Source: Lama glama
Lineage: Eukaryota
Reading direction: 5' to 3'
DNA: 64,000 nucleotides
Assembly (NCBI GenBank): GCA_028534125.1
Contig: CM052817.1
Span: 29,576,001 to 29,640,000 of the forward strand
Made by a program: the position numbers and the translations under genes. Below are positions 14,835 through 28,800 of the stretch, piece after piece; within the stretch, counting starts at the first letter, position 1; each line of letters begins with the position of its first letter. Below the pieces are notes generated by a model that searched no databases, had not been told where the DNA came from, and saw only the letters and a list, made by a program, of their open reading frames with translations.

Positions 14835-15405
14835 TATTTGGGTTTTTCATACATGACTTTTATTATGTTGAGGTAATTTTCTTCTTTTTCTAATTTGATG
14901 AATGTTTTTATCTTAAAACGGCACTGAATTTTAGCAAATGCTTTTCCACATCAGCTGAGTAGATTTCATTTTTTCCTCTGTTAATCTGAGTATTTCATGA
15001 CTGATTTTCATATATTGACCCATCAGTGCATTCCAGGAATAAATTCTACTTGGTTATGTTGTACAATCCTTTTAATATGCTGTTAAATTCTGTTTGCTGG
15101 TATTTTGTTGAAAATGTTCATTTCAACATTCATCAGAGGTATTGGCCTGTAATATTGCTTTCTTGTTATATCTTTGTCTGACTTTGGTATCAGAGAAATA
15201 CTGGCCTCATAAAATAATTTTGGGTGTGTTAATTCTTCTCCAATTTTTTGGATAACTTTGTAAAAGATTGTGTTAAGTTTTTAAATTTATGGTAGAATTT
15301 AACAGTGAAGCCATCCGGTACTGGGCTTTTTTTTGTCGGGAAAGTTTTGATGACTGATTCAATATTCTTATTAGTTATAGGTCTATTCAAATTTTCAGTT
15401 TTTTA
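14835..15405 (-). mobile_element. L1 ORF2 (RT region) fragment
   Basis: aatctgtttgctggtattttgttg-type motifs, ggtagaatttaacagtgaagccatccggt, ttataggtctattcaaattttc. Confidence 0.85.
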
Positions 15406-15672
15406 TGACCACAATGTATGACATTGCAAATCAACTGCAAGAAAAAAAATTGTGTGTAAAAACCACAAACATGTGGAGGCTAAACAATATGCTACCAAAC
15501 AATCAATGGATCACTGAAGGAATCAAAGAAGAAATAAAAACCAATACTTAGAAACAAATGAAAATGAAAACACAATGATCCCAAAGCTGTGGGACACAGC
15601 AAATACAGTTCTCAGTGGGAAGTTTACAGTGATACAAGCTTACCTTAGGAAACAAAAAATCTCAAATAACAT
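15406..15672 (+). mobile_element. Internal L1 ORF2 fragment (end of endonuclease region)
   Basis: aaccacaaacatgtggaggctaaacaatatgctacc...tgtgggacacagcaaa. Confidence 0.8.
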
Positions 15673-16809
15673 TATATTCTGATTTGTTAACTTTGTTTCA
15701 TAATGTTCCTTCACTCTTGCCATTGCTTATTTAATTCATATTAGAGCACTGTATTATAATTTTTTTCTGCTTCATAGTTATTGTATTTTCATCTGTTGAA
15801 AGGTTTTGACAGTGACTTTCTTATTCCTTCTAGTAGATCTAAAGTGGATGCTATGTGAATTTTTCTGTATATTTTTAAGTACCTTTAATTGTTCTGAAAC
15901 ATTAATTATAGTTAACTATATGCAGAAGAGACTGAGTGGTTTGAATGGCTTGCTAAATTCTTAGTTCAAGCTTACTGTACTCTGATAGCACAGTGAAGTC
16001 CCTTTACTAATTGTTGCCTGTTTCCTGTGTGTGTGTTGAGGGTAGGGGAGAAGTAGAATTTCTTCTGATGCTGTGATATTATTTTGTTCCTGAAGGTTCC
16101 ATATTTTTCACAGCTTTCCCCCTCTTTGTCCGTTCACCACCAAGCTTTCAGTAAAGCCTTCTCTTCATGTGGCCTCTATCATCCCCTAAAGTGATGCTTT
16201 TCCACTTTTCACCTCTGACTCCACACATGGTCCACTCTTTCCTTTTGATTCCCTAACAGTCATTGTTCTGATTTACAGGCATTTGATATGTTCTAATTTT
16301 TCTGTCACTCAGTGTCAGACTTTCTCCTTCAAGGATGATACTATCTGTGTCATCTACTCTGGAGTAACTCCATTTCACTGATAATCTTCCCGTTTCTCCA
16401 CTAAGAAAAAGGCCACAGAGTAGTTCCACTAATTTGGTGTGTTTTTCCCCCATATGTAATTGGGGTTTTTACCAAACTATGTCTCCTAAGTATGTTCTAG
16501 GCGTGGGTAACAGTTGGCTTCATTTATTTGGAGGTTGTGTGGAAAAACTGTACATTTAGGAGCCAATCATTATGCTGTCCAATATTTTCTTTAAAATAGG
16601 ATATTTCTCATTTGTTTCACCAATTTATTAGATTCACTGTGGTAAATAAACTAAATAATCTTACAAACAGTAGTTTTATCTAATTCTTTATGTCATTGCC
16701 CTATCATTTGACTGATTTTACTTCCTTTAGCAAAAAAAAAAAAAAACCCAAAAAACACTGTAAATTTGGGCTAAGTTTTTGAGGTAGAGATTCTAGTGCT
16801 CATCATTAC

Positions 16810-17200
16810 ATATATTTTTCTTTTCTTTGTACAAAAGAAACTGCATGTTCAATACCTCTTTTAATTAGGCAAGGTCGTGTATTTCTCATCATTAAAATGT
16901 GAGTGGGAAAAATGTGCCATTTCTAGGCTAAGACAGAAAATAAGTCATGAGAGAGTTCTGTTCTCTTATTCTTCCCCTGCCAGAACAACAATGCAGAAGG
17001 CTTTACCTCGTAAGAGTGGAGCCACAAGATGGAAATGACTTGAATCACTGAGCTTTCACATGAGAGACATATTTTGTTAAGAAATACCTGAAACTACCCA
17101 GAAATTAGAATGAGAAAAAAATATACTGCTGCTTCATCCAGTCACTGAGATTCTGGGGGATATTTGGTATTACAGCGTAGGTCTAGCCTATCCTGACATA
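16810..17200. mobile_element. MLT1J-like MaLR LTR
   Basis: aaaatgtgagtgggaaaaatgtgccatttctaggc...gtcactgagattctggggg...tagcctatcctgac. Confidence 0.7.
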
Positions 17201-20200
17201 CATAGTTTAGAGGCTGACACAAACTCCTCAGAGCAAGAATAGGTATACAGGCTTCCATGATTCACAGAGGAAAAAAACAAACACACACTCTTTAACCACA
17301 TAACTCAAATAATCACTAAATCAATGAAGTTCTTAAGTGAAAAAAAGTTAAAGGAACATCCACATACAAAATGCAGTTAGGAAACTGAAAGCTTCCTAGA
17401 TTCTTGTATCCTGTTGGAAGTCATATTTTTTACAGATAAGCTTTCAAATAAAATGAGATACTTTTTAAAGTAGAAACCTGCTATTTATTTAGTATTTTAA
17501 AAGAATAAACAACCAGTAGCCTTTGTGAGCAATACGTTACAAGGCATTTGCAGATCGCCAAATTTGTAGAAACCAGTAATATATTTAAGCCCCCATAAAT
17601 ACTCTATTTTAACAAACATTTAAATTGTTTCTAAAAGCAAAGTAGAAAATATTAATACTACTTTGATTTCATTGAAATAATTTGATACTGAATTTATTTT
17701 TTCTTATAAAATAAATAATATTCTATAATTTAATGTACGATTATTAAAGTAATGTTCATTATGGACTGAACTGGCAAACCTAAAACTTGGTAAATAATTG
17801 TGATTGCTGCTGTATCCTATGTGTATGTGTTCACTACAAACAGCATGAATGTATATTTAGAGATAGATTTTTCTTCCATTATCAAACGGTTTAATTCTAA
17901 CTAAAATTTATTCTGCCTCTGGCTCATCTCTTTGTGATAGAATTTTGCCTTGGTGGGGAATAATTTCCCAGTTATGTATTCAACTGATGCCTCCTTTCCT
18001 ATTAACTTCACATTATGCAAATTAAAATGCTTCTTAAAATTCTTGAACCAATCTTTGCTCATAAATTTGGTTGCTTCAAATGCTATGCTGGTACCTTCAG
18101 CACCTGTGGTTATACGGTAACTTTTTTTTTTTTAAACAGGCTTCTGGCTTCTTCCTAAATGATATTTGCATTCAGCATCACATGCTTCCTGTGCACATCT
18201 TCATACTACACATCAATTATCTTTTTTTAAACTGTCATAAAACTATCCTCTTTTAAGCTATGAACAACTATGTACAGGCTGGAACATTTTAGGAAAGAAT
18301 TTCTCTGTATTCCTATACAGAGCTCACGGAGCTTTCTGAGTTACCACCAGATTTACCAAAACCCTCTATATGCTAGTTATGAAGCTTTGCTTTCAGTTTC
18401 ATTTTCATATCTTGCAAGGAGAGCTAACTTGCTTCTCTAGGTGACTCTCAGAAATATATATTATTATGTACTATTTTTTACTTCTGACCTAGGGTACTAG
18501 ATGTAGAATAACTGAAATAAGCAAAGTTGTGCTCACAGATTGATGGTGTTCAGATTTACTCATCAGCTAAATGAAACAATCCCATGATAGAGCCTGAGGC
18601 AATCCACCAAAAAACTACAAATATATAAATATCACATTACAAACACACAGGAGCACTTAAGCACACACAAATTCTTAGAATTCCTTAGTTTCTGCCCTGT
18701 ACTAAAAGTTATTTTTAATTTCCTCAAATATCAAGAATGTGTATTATTTAACATATTATTTTTATAAAAGTTGGTTACATTTCAAACTATTCTCACCCCT
18801 CTAACAGAGAGGGATAAGCAACTAGGCACTTGTTTCTGTTCCATAAATCTCTGTCACACTAACAAAATCTGAACTCCTTTACCTATTTCTTTTATATAAA
18901 GATGATACACAATAATTGCTTAAATATGAAACCCATTTTACTGAAAAAATCAAAGGTACAACCAGTTTTTAATTCATTTGGGTTCTATATTATTAAAACT
19001 AAATTTAAAAGACTATCCTGAGAGAGGACATCAAAATAGACCAATATGAGCAATATAAGGATGCAAGCTCATCCTCTGCCACAAATACATCAAAAATAAA
19101 TCTACATGTGGAACAATTCTCACAGAATACCTACTGAACTCTGGTAGGAAAGCTCATATATTCAAAGCCACAAGAAAGATCTCCACATAACTGGGTAGGA
19201 CAAAACAACAACAACAACAACAAAAACACCAGAAATGGGATGGGACCTGTGTCTCAGGGAGGGAGTGGAGAAAATAAAAAGGTGCCCTCACCCTGAGAAG
19301 CCTCTTCAACAGCAGGGAAATTAGTTGAAACAGAAGGGGAGCTTCAGAAGCTTAGAGGAGAGTGCAGTGGCCACTTTGCAGCAGACAGAATATAGAGAAA
19401 CTGGCAAAGATGGTCCATGCATTCCCCAGAGTGAGACATGAGCCTGCTACTATGTGTCAGTACTGGTTGCTAACGCTCAGGTTTCAGAAGACAGACCCAG
19501 GCAGAGGACTGGGCTTGGCTGGGCAGAGATGGCTGAAAGGGGCTAGACTGAGTACAGACTGAAACCTGGAAAATACACAGGATGGAGCATGGGTCATGTA
19601 TAGGAGCCCCATTATTAATTCACTCTCTTGAAGGGTAGGGCAAGACACCATCATAGCTGTCTCCTTTGCTTGCTCTAGAAGGGCAAAATCTGGTGGGTTG
19701 CCTCCAAGTAAAGGTGGGGCAGAAATCTAAGGACATTCCCAGGGGCCAAGAGACTTTGGAAACAAGGCTGAAATTTGAGTCCTATCCCAAGGAGCTTTGG
19801 TGGATTTATGCTGACAGTGCCTTTATAAACTGGTAAGCTGTAGGGCATCCTAGCAGAGTAGTAGTGAATGGTTGGGGCAGGTCTAGAGTTAACAGCAGGC
19901 TTGTGCATCCAGAGGTGGAGCTGGGGTGTGGGCTGATCCTGTAGAATAGGCAGACACAGATGTGTGACTATACACAACTATAGCAGATCCTGGTGCCTGA
20001 CTTCAGTGGATCTGCTCTGGTGACTTTGTGAACACAGCACCTGAGGGACACCAGGGCAGGCTGCCTGCGTTCCCATGGCTGAGGTCGGGCTGAGGGCAGC
20101 ACCAACAACAGTGTACTTTTTGTGAGCCTACATGATGCATCAAAGGTGACACCACACAGGGCAGTTTCCAGTGGACATCTCCTGTGGAGGAATACTGAGC

Positions 20201-20576
20201 AGCTCTTCTCCCAGTAGAAGCACTCCAGTTCACACAGAAGTTCAGAAACAAATCTGGGGGTGTCTACTGTCACAATTGGAGAAAAGACCTGGCCCCCGAT
20301 AGGGCTGTGACAACCAAGGTGCAAAGATGAGGCTCCAATCAACACCCAGTGCAGGCTCTGGTCACCATAACACCAATCATACCCCCTATCAAGGGGATAA
20401 CAGCCAACATACACGAAGGAAAGATGCGTCAGCCACACACACTAAAAACATCCCTCGAAACAAAGATATTAGTTGCACACAAGCTACATAAGGATGCTCC
20501 CACATAAAAAGAGCCCTTCAAGATGGCAGTTGATAACTGTTATTCCTAAATACATAGTCAGAGAAATATAAGTAAA

Positions 20577-21390
20577 ATGAATAAACAGAAGCAACTCACA
20601 ATTAAAAGAAAAAGGGAAATCCCCAAAGAACAAAAAAATAAACCTCTCCAGTCTACTAGAACTTCAGTTAAAAAAAGAGATAATAAAAATAAGGAATTAA
20701 AAGACACTATTGATAGAAATGGAGATTACTCTAAAAAGGAACTAAAAACAATAAAGAAGAGCCAATTAAAATCAGAAAATTCCATTGCTGAAATGAAAGT
20801 TGAGCTAAAGGCAATAAACAGCAGACTAAATAATGCAAAAGAACAGATAAGTGATCCAGAAGACAGAAAAAATGGAAATCACCCCATAAGAACAACAGAT
20901 AGAAAAATAAATTTAAAAAAAAGAAATATAAGAGACCTATAGGATAATATAAAACATGCCTATCTACATATAATATGAGTCCCAGAAAGTGAAGAAAGAG
21001 AAAGGGGGATCAAAATGTATTTAAAAATCAAGGCTGAAAATTTTCCAAACCTAAAGAAGGAAACATATCCAGGTACAGGAAGCACAGAGGGCCCCAACAA
21101 GATGAGCCCAAACAGACCTACACAAAGCCATATTATAATTAATTAACAAATAATTAATTATAAGCTAACTCCTACAAGGTTATCAGCTGATTTCTCTACA
21201 GAACACTGCTTGCCACAGGGAGTGGCAAAATATATTCAAAGTCCTGAAAAAAGAAAAACATGCAACTTGGATACTTTATCCAGCAAGACTATCATTTAGA
21301 ATAGAAGGAGAGAGAAAAAATTTCACAAAAAGTAAAAAATACAGCAATACCAAATCTATCCTAAAATAAACATTGAAAGGTCTTCTCTAA
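20577..21390 (+). pseudogene. L1 ORF1 remnant
   Basis: Coiled-coil peptide ENSIAEMKVELKAINSRLNNAKEQISDPED followed by frameshifted ORF1 C-terminal motifs (LYPARLSFRIEG) ending GLL*. Confidence 0.85.
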
Positions 21391-21779
21391 ATAGAAAAGC
21401 AAAAATCTATAGAAAAGAGAAAATCATAATTGGAAATGTAATAACTACAATAAATAGCAAAGTAACGAACATGATGATGTAAAAGAGGGCATCAAAATCA
21501 TAAAATGTGGGAGAGGAGTAAGAAGATATAGATTTTTTTCTTTCTTTTTATAAGGTGTTTGAGCCTATGGTTACTAGCCTAAAGCAAGTAGATATAGCAA
21601 TTGGTTAATATATTGAAAAACAGGGTAACTACAAATCAAAAACATACAATAGAGTCACAAAACCAAAAAGAAAATAACTCAAGAATAATATAAAAGAAAA
21701 TCATGAAACCACAAAAAGGAAAAACAAAAAGAAAAAGAAAGGAGCACATAATAGATAAAAAGTCAAATGGAAAACAAAA

Positions 21780-24700
21780 ATGAAAATGGCAATAAACACA
21801 TATCAATCAATAATTACCTTAAATGTCAATGGACTAAATGCGTCAATCAAAAGACACAGAGTGGCAAATAAGATAATAGAACAAGAACCTACAATATGCT
21901 GCCCCCAAGAGACCCCCTTTAGGGTCAAAGACATGCACAGATTGATGACAGGATGGAAATAGATATTTTATGCAAATGGAAATGATAAGGAAGTGGAGGT
22001 AGAAATATTCATAACAGACAAAACTGACTTAAAATGCAGGCTGTAAAGAAAATAAAGAAGAACACTGCATAGTGATACAAGGATCAATACAATAATAGGA
22101 TATTACACTCATTATCATGCACCCAATATAGGAGCACCTAAATATATAAAACAAGTACTAACAGACATAAAGGGAAAAATTGATGGGAACACAATAATAG
22201 CAGTAGACTTTAACACCCCATTAACATCAATGGATAGATCTTACAGACAGAAAATCAATAACGCACAGAGATTCTGCATAATACAACAGAACAATTAAGC
22301 TTAATAGATATTTTCAGTATATTACATGCCAAAAAAAAAAAAAAAGCCCACACAGAAGATACATTCTTTTCCTGTGCTCACTGAAGAGTCTCCATGACAG
22401 ACAACAAACTTGGACACAAAACAGGCCTCAACAAATTTAAGAAGATTGAAATTTTTTCAATTATTCAATTATTGTTGACCATAATGGCATAAATCTAGAA
22501 ATCAATCACAGAAAGAGAAATGGAAAGAAAAAGAAAAAATATTTCATGGAGACTAAACAACATACTGCTAAAACACTGATGGGTCAACAATGACATTAAA
22601 GAGGAAATTAATACCTGGAGACAAATGGTAATGAAGACAGAACTATACAAAGTCTATGGGATGCAGCAAAATCAGTCCTAAGAGGAAAGTTCCTAGGGAT
22701 ACAGGCCTTTCTCAAAAACACAAGCAAAATCTCAAATAAACAACCTAACCTACCAACTAAAAGAATTAGAAAAAGAAGAACAAACAAAACCTAAAGTCAA
22801 GAGAAGGAAAGAAATAATAAAGCTTAGGGAGGAGATAAATAAAATAGGAATTTAAAAGACGATAGAAAAAAAATCAGTAAAACCAAGAACTGTTTTTTAT
22901 TTTGAAAGAGTAAACAAAATTGACAAACTTTTGGCTAGGCTCACCAAAAGGAAAATAAAGAGGACCCAAATAAACAAAATAAGAAAAGAAAATGAAATTA
23001 CAACTGATACCACAGGAATAGATAAAAAAAAAGAGAGAGAGAATTCTATAAACAATTATATGCCAACAAATTGAACAATCTAGAATAAATGGTCATATTT
23101 CTAGAAACTATAGTCCACCAAAACTGCATCAAGAAGAAATACAAAATTTGAACGACTAATTACTAGAAGTAAAATAGAATCTACAAAAAAAAAACAATCC
23201 CTTTAAAGAAAAGTCCAGGCCCAAATGGCTTCACTGGGAATTCTACCAAACACACAAAGAATTTACACTAATCTTTCTCAAACTCTTCCAAAAGATTGAA
23301 GAGGAGGGAACACTACCAAACACATTCTATGAAGCCACTATCATGCTGATATCAAAATTAGACAAAAACACTACCAAAAAAATGAATATAGATTATAGAT
23401 GCAATATAGATGTAAAAATTCTCAACAAAATACTAGCAAACTGAATCCAACAACACGTAAAAAAGATCATACACTGTGATCAATTCAGATTTATCCCAGG
23501 GTCACAAGGATGGTTCAATACATGCAAATCAATCCATGTAATACACCACATCAACAAAAGAAAGGGCAAAAACCATGTGATAATCTCAATACATGTGGGA
23601 AAAGCATTTGATAAAATTCAACATCAATTCATGATAAAAACTCTTACTGAAGTGGATATAGAGTGAACATATCTCAACATAATAAAACTATTTATGACAT
23701 ATCCACAAGCAACATAATACTCAACATTGAAAAGTTGAAACCCTTTCCACTAAAATCTGGAATGGGACAAGGATACCCATTCTCACCATTTCTATTCAAC
23801 ATAGTATTGCAAGTCCTAGCCATAACAATCAAACAAGATAAATAAGTAAATGTATACAAATTGGAAGAGAAGAGGTAAAATTGTTATTATATGCAGATGA
23901 AATGGTATTATACATAGAAAACTCAAAAGGCTCTACACAAAAACTACTAGAGCTGATAGACAAATTTGGCAAGGTAGCGGGATACAAAATTAACACACAG
24001 AAATCAGTTGCAGTTCTTTACACTAACAAAGAAATATCAGAAATGGAAAGTAAAAAAAGAAAAAACAAAAAAGCAATCCCTTTTAAAATCACATAAAAAA
24101 ATACTTAGAAATAAACCTGACCAAGGAGGTGAAAGACTTACATGCTCAGAACTAAAAACACTGATAAAGGAAATTAAAGATGATTTAAAAAAATGGAAAG
24201 ATATCCCATACTCTTGGATTGGAAGAATTAATAGTGTTAAAATGGCCACACTACCCAAAGCAATATACAGATTTAATGCGATCCCTATCAAATTACCTAG
24301 GATATTTCTCACAGAAATAGAACAAATAATCCTAAAATTTATATGGAATCACAAAAGACCTAGAATTGCCAAAGCAATACTGAAGAAAAAGAATGAAGCT
24401 GGAGGCATAACCCTCCCAGATTTCAGACAATACTACTATGCTAGAGTAACTCAAACTGTGTGGTATTGGCACAAAAACAGACATATGGATCAAAGGAACA
24501 GAACAGAGAGCCCAGAGATAAAATCACACACCTAAAATCAATTAATGTTCAACACAGGAGGCAAGAATATACAATGGAGAAAAGACAGTCTCTGACAAAT
24601 GATGCTGGGAAAGCTGGATATTCTCATGAAACTCAATGAAGTTAGAATATTCCCTTACACCACAAACGAAAATAAACTCAAAATGGCTTAAAGACAAACA

Positions 24701-25609
24701 TAAGACAAGATACCATAAATCTGCTAGAAGAGAATATAGACAAAACATTGTCTGATTTAAACCACAGCAGTTTTCCTAGGTTAGTCTCCCAAGGCAATAC
24801 AAATAAAAGCAAAAATAAACAAATAGGACCTAATTAAACTTATAAGCTTTTGCATAGCAAAAGAAACTATATACAAAGCAAAAAGACAACCTCCGAACTG
24901 GAAGAAAATATTTGCAAACAAGCTGCTGACAAGGGCTTAATTTCCAGAATATATAAACTGCTCATACAACTCAATGACAAAAAAACAACCCAATCAAAAA
25001 GAAAGGCCGAAGACATAAACAGACACTTCTCCAATGAAGACATATAGATGGCCACTAAGTACATGAAAAGATGCTCAATATTGCTAATTACCATAGAAAT
25101 GCAAATCAAAACTACAATGAGGTATCACCTTACACTGTTCAGAATGGCCACCATTAAAAAGTTTACAAAGAATAAATTCTCAAGAGGGTGTGGAAAAAAA
25201 GGAACCCTCCCACACTATTGGTGGGAATGTAATTTGATGTAGCCACTAAAACTAAAAATAGTTACTGTATGATCCATAAATCTCACTCCTGGTCATGTAT
25301 CTGAAGAAAATTCCAATTCAAAAAGATATTTGTACCCTAATGTTCACAGCAGCACTATTTACGATAGCTAAGACATGGAAGCAATATAAATGTCCACCAA
25401 CAGATGAATGGATAAAGAAGATGTGGTGTATACATATATACCAACACACACACACACACACACAAATGGAAGACCACTCAGCCATAAAAAATAACGAAAT
25501 ATTGCCATTTGCAGCAACACGGATAGACCTAAAGATTATCATACTAAGTGAAGTAAGTCAGACAGAGAAAGATAAATATCACATGATATCACTTACATGT
25601 GGAATCTAA
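21780..25609 (+). pseudogene. L1 ORF2 remnant (endonuclease / reverse transcriptase)
   Basis: IITLNVNGLNASIKR (EN), [15 protein letters not shown] and YADEM (RT), [40 protein letters not shown]. Fragmented by stops and frameshifts. Confidence 0.93.
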
Positions 25610-25826
25610 AGAGAAAAAAGATAAATTAAGTTATTTATAAAACAGAAACAGACTCAGAGATATAGAAAAAAACTTATGGTTATCAAAGGGGAAAGCAGGG
25701 GTCAAGGATAAGTTAGGAGTTTGAGATTAACCGTTATATACTACTATGTATATAATAGACAAAGTCCTACGGTATAGTATGGGGAACTATATTCAATATC
25801 TTGTAATAACCTACAATGAAAAAGGA

Positions 25827-25881
25827 TATATATATATACACACACACATACATATACATACACACACACACACATATATAT
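25827..25881. repeat. Compound (TA)n(CA)n microsatellite in the L1 3' UTR
   Basis: atatatatatacacacacacatacatatacatacacacacacacacatatatat. Confidence 0.9.
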
Positions 25882-28800
25882 GACTGAATCACTATGCTGT
25901 ATACCAGAAACACAACATTGTAAATCAACAACATATCAATAAAAAATAGACTATCTTACCCCCAAATTTGATCACCAAAAAGAAAGTCATAGAATTCACA
26001 ATTAGTTGAAGAATATCCTTTTCCAATATTTTTTCAAAATTGTTTTACATTCCAAATCAGTAGTAATATCTTTAGGTTTCTCAATATAAAAATTAAATAC
26101 ATCAAAGTTTTTAACCATGTATCTTATTCCAAGGTATCTTTTTATGAAGAAGATGTAATGTTGAATAGGTCTGATTCTGTCCTTTTGCAGTCAAACGTTT
26201 TCAAACACATTTAATTAGGCTATTCTTTTTTCTATCTGGTATCAGCAAATACATTCCAAGGAATCAAATCAAATCTTCCTGGTGAGGCTTCTAAATTTTT
26301 CCTCTTGTGCACAGTGGTCAGGGGGCTGAGTACCCTACAATTTACAATCCCTTTTCAGAATTTAACATGCTAACTATCCCATTCACCATGTACTATAATG
26401 AGAACATTTGTAAAAGTGCATAGGTACACAAATTAGTGGATTCCTGAATATTTTTGTCATTCACCTAAAGACTTGTCCCTGAGATCTGGGTGTCAATTTT
26501 TCGGCAATATATTATTCAGTCGGATATAGTTTATAAATTTGTTTCTTGTCAAACTCACTCTCTAGTCTAGACCAGTGGTCCTCAAATATAAACCTGTATT
26601 CGAATTATTTTAGAACCTTTATACTTAGATGTTTGTCTGATTTACTGTGGTTTTTATTCAGCAGTCTGAGAGTTGTTTCACAACATTTTATGAGCTCCTT
26701 CAAATGATTAGTATTTGAATATAAACATTTGAGAACCTTTACTCCAAACAAAATTTTAGCTATTTGAGCACCATACCAGGAGTCAGAAGAAACAGAATCA
26801 GCATAACTAGGCACTTCAAGGTTTGTTTTCATGTATATATCTTAGATCTTCTTTTATCTTTTTCCCCATGGGCAACCTGCTATAGAGTTTGAGAGTTAGG
26901 CAGTTTGATCAATAAGCAGTTTCTGGTCCCCTGCTCCTCCCATACTCAGTTAAGAGGCTTGAGTGGGGCTGAGAATATTCATATATTACAAGGTCCCCAG
27001 GTGAATCCTTATGATTCAAGTCTTCCAGTGATGGGCAGGGGATAATTTTCATTCATTCATTAAGTGAATACTTTGACTTCTTACCACTCCTAATATTTCC
27101 CTTGATTTTTCAAGGCACATGATTTTCATTATTCTGTACCACACCTCAGACTTAGCTACATTTCCCCAACCAACAGGGAGGCAGAAGACATGAAACAAAT
27201 GTCATTGCAAGGATTGTGTTTAGGGCCACACAAATTAAAAGTGCACATCCTTTTTCAGACATGCGAGGCCACTTTATCCCAATGAAGAAGGTAAAAGAGA
27301 AGGGAAATAGACACACTTTCACACACCATCTCCTTCACATACTTCATCCTCCACATGACCCAGTCTTTATTAACCATGATCTACGTTTAAGGAGACAGAT
27401 TTCCCAGAAGTATAAGTAAAGATCAAGTTCATAAAATCAGTGAACGGCAGAAGCGGAATACTAATTGAGATCTTACTGTTGCACGTCTCACAAACTAGTT
27501 ACTACACTATGCTGTCCCCAAAATATGGTGATAATAGTGAAAGAATGGAACCTTCTTATGTAATGCTAGACTGGATTAATTAGTTGATTGTTCTCTTGGT
27601 AAGACATGTGCTGCAAATATCTGGAATTTTTTCTCATACCAACATTAAATCTACAGCTATTTTACTTTTAAACTATATCCTCATTTTTGGATTCCATGTC
27701 CTAAACAATACTTTATTTTTATATTTTGTTCCCAATTGCTTAGAATATTGAAATAAGAATTTTAATATTTTAGGAAAATACAGGGTTAGTAGTATTTCAA
27801 GAAAATTTTCAGAGGTGAATTTCAAGGAAAAGAATGAAATAACCTGTAAAAGATTTTCCTAAAACACGAATTAAGAAAACCTCCTAGCTTTTACCATAAG
27901 CACATAAGAGCCCTCTTATGCTCATCCTTCCTCTATCAGACAGGCATATTAAATGGAATATAATACAAGTTCATTAAACAAAATATTTATTATATAAACA
28001 GTGTGATATAAAATCTGGAATGCCTTGATAAAGCATCCTTTAATACTGTGCTTAATACTAAAGTTCATCTAGAAACTAGTGCTATGATTGAATGCATCAT
28101 TTAAGCCATCTCTAATGGCACACTGTAGGGGGTTCTTCTTTAAGGTAATCTGTATTTCTATATCAGAAATAGTGACACTGTTCAAGTCTGCTCAAGCCAA
28201 TACTTTCCACTTGTTTGTAATCCATGTTATACTAATGTAACATATGTGGTCTTATGGCATCAATTAGATTTTGAAGTCCATAAATCATCTGCTTCATTCT
28301 TCCTGTCCTAAATCATTTGAAGTTTTTATTCTCATTTATTTTCCTTTTTCATCTTCTATTTTATTCTTACCTGATTTGCTTTTCATATTTCTGTCCATTT
28401 TCCCAAAGAACTATGCTAAGCAGAAGGTTACACTACCTTGGTAACATACAGGAATTTCAATCAGCAGACACAAAATGAACATTAGCCCCTGTCAGCTCTA
28501 ATCACACTGACACTGTCAAGTGCAGTTCAGTTACAATAGTTTAGTTTAGAGCACTTCAATTATAAATCCTGACAGTGGAGGGAATATTGGTTCACAGAAG
28601 AAGTCACTAAGCAGATACCTCTTGTCATATGAGTGGGAAGGAAATCTTTAAAAATTAAAGTTAATGATAATTTTAACGAAAGAAACTCCCTAAGTACATT
28701 CTTGAACCATATGAATTCAACTTAGAATAAATGTGAAGACTTAGGATATTTTCATTTTAGATTAATGTGCTCTGGACACTATTGTTGCTGTATCTATGCC

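Larger units (their letters stand above)
19020..25946 (+). mobile_element. Full-length LINE-1 (~6.9 kb), cetartiodactyl/camelid type, inactivated
   Basis: ~1.55 kb 5' UTR, ORF1 remnant, ORF2 remnant, 3' UTR ending AATAAAAAA. TSD aaaagactatcct (19007-19019) / aatagactatctt (25945-25957) at a TTT/AAAA endonuclease site. Confidence 0.95.

Noticed and set aside
27903..27920. 8-bp inverted repeat cataagag/ctcttatg
   Set aside because: Too short to be unexpected in 64 kb, with no supporting context.
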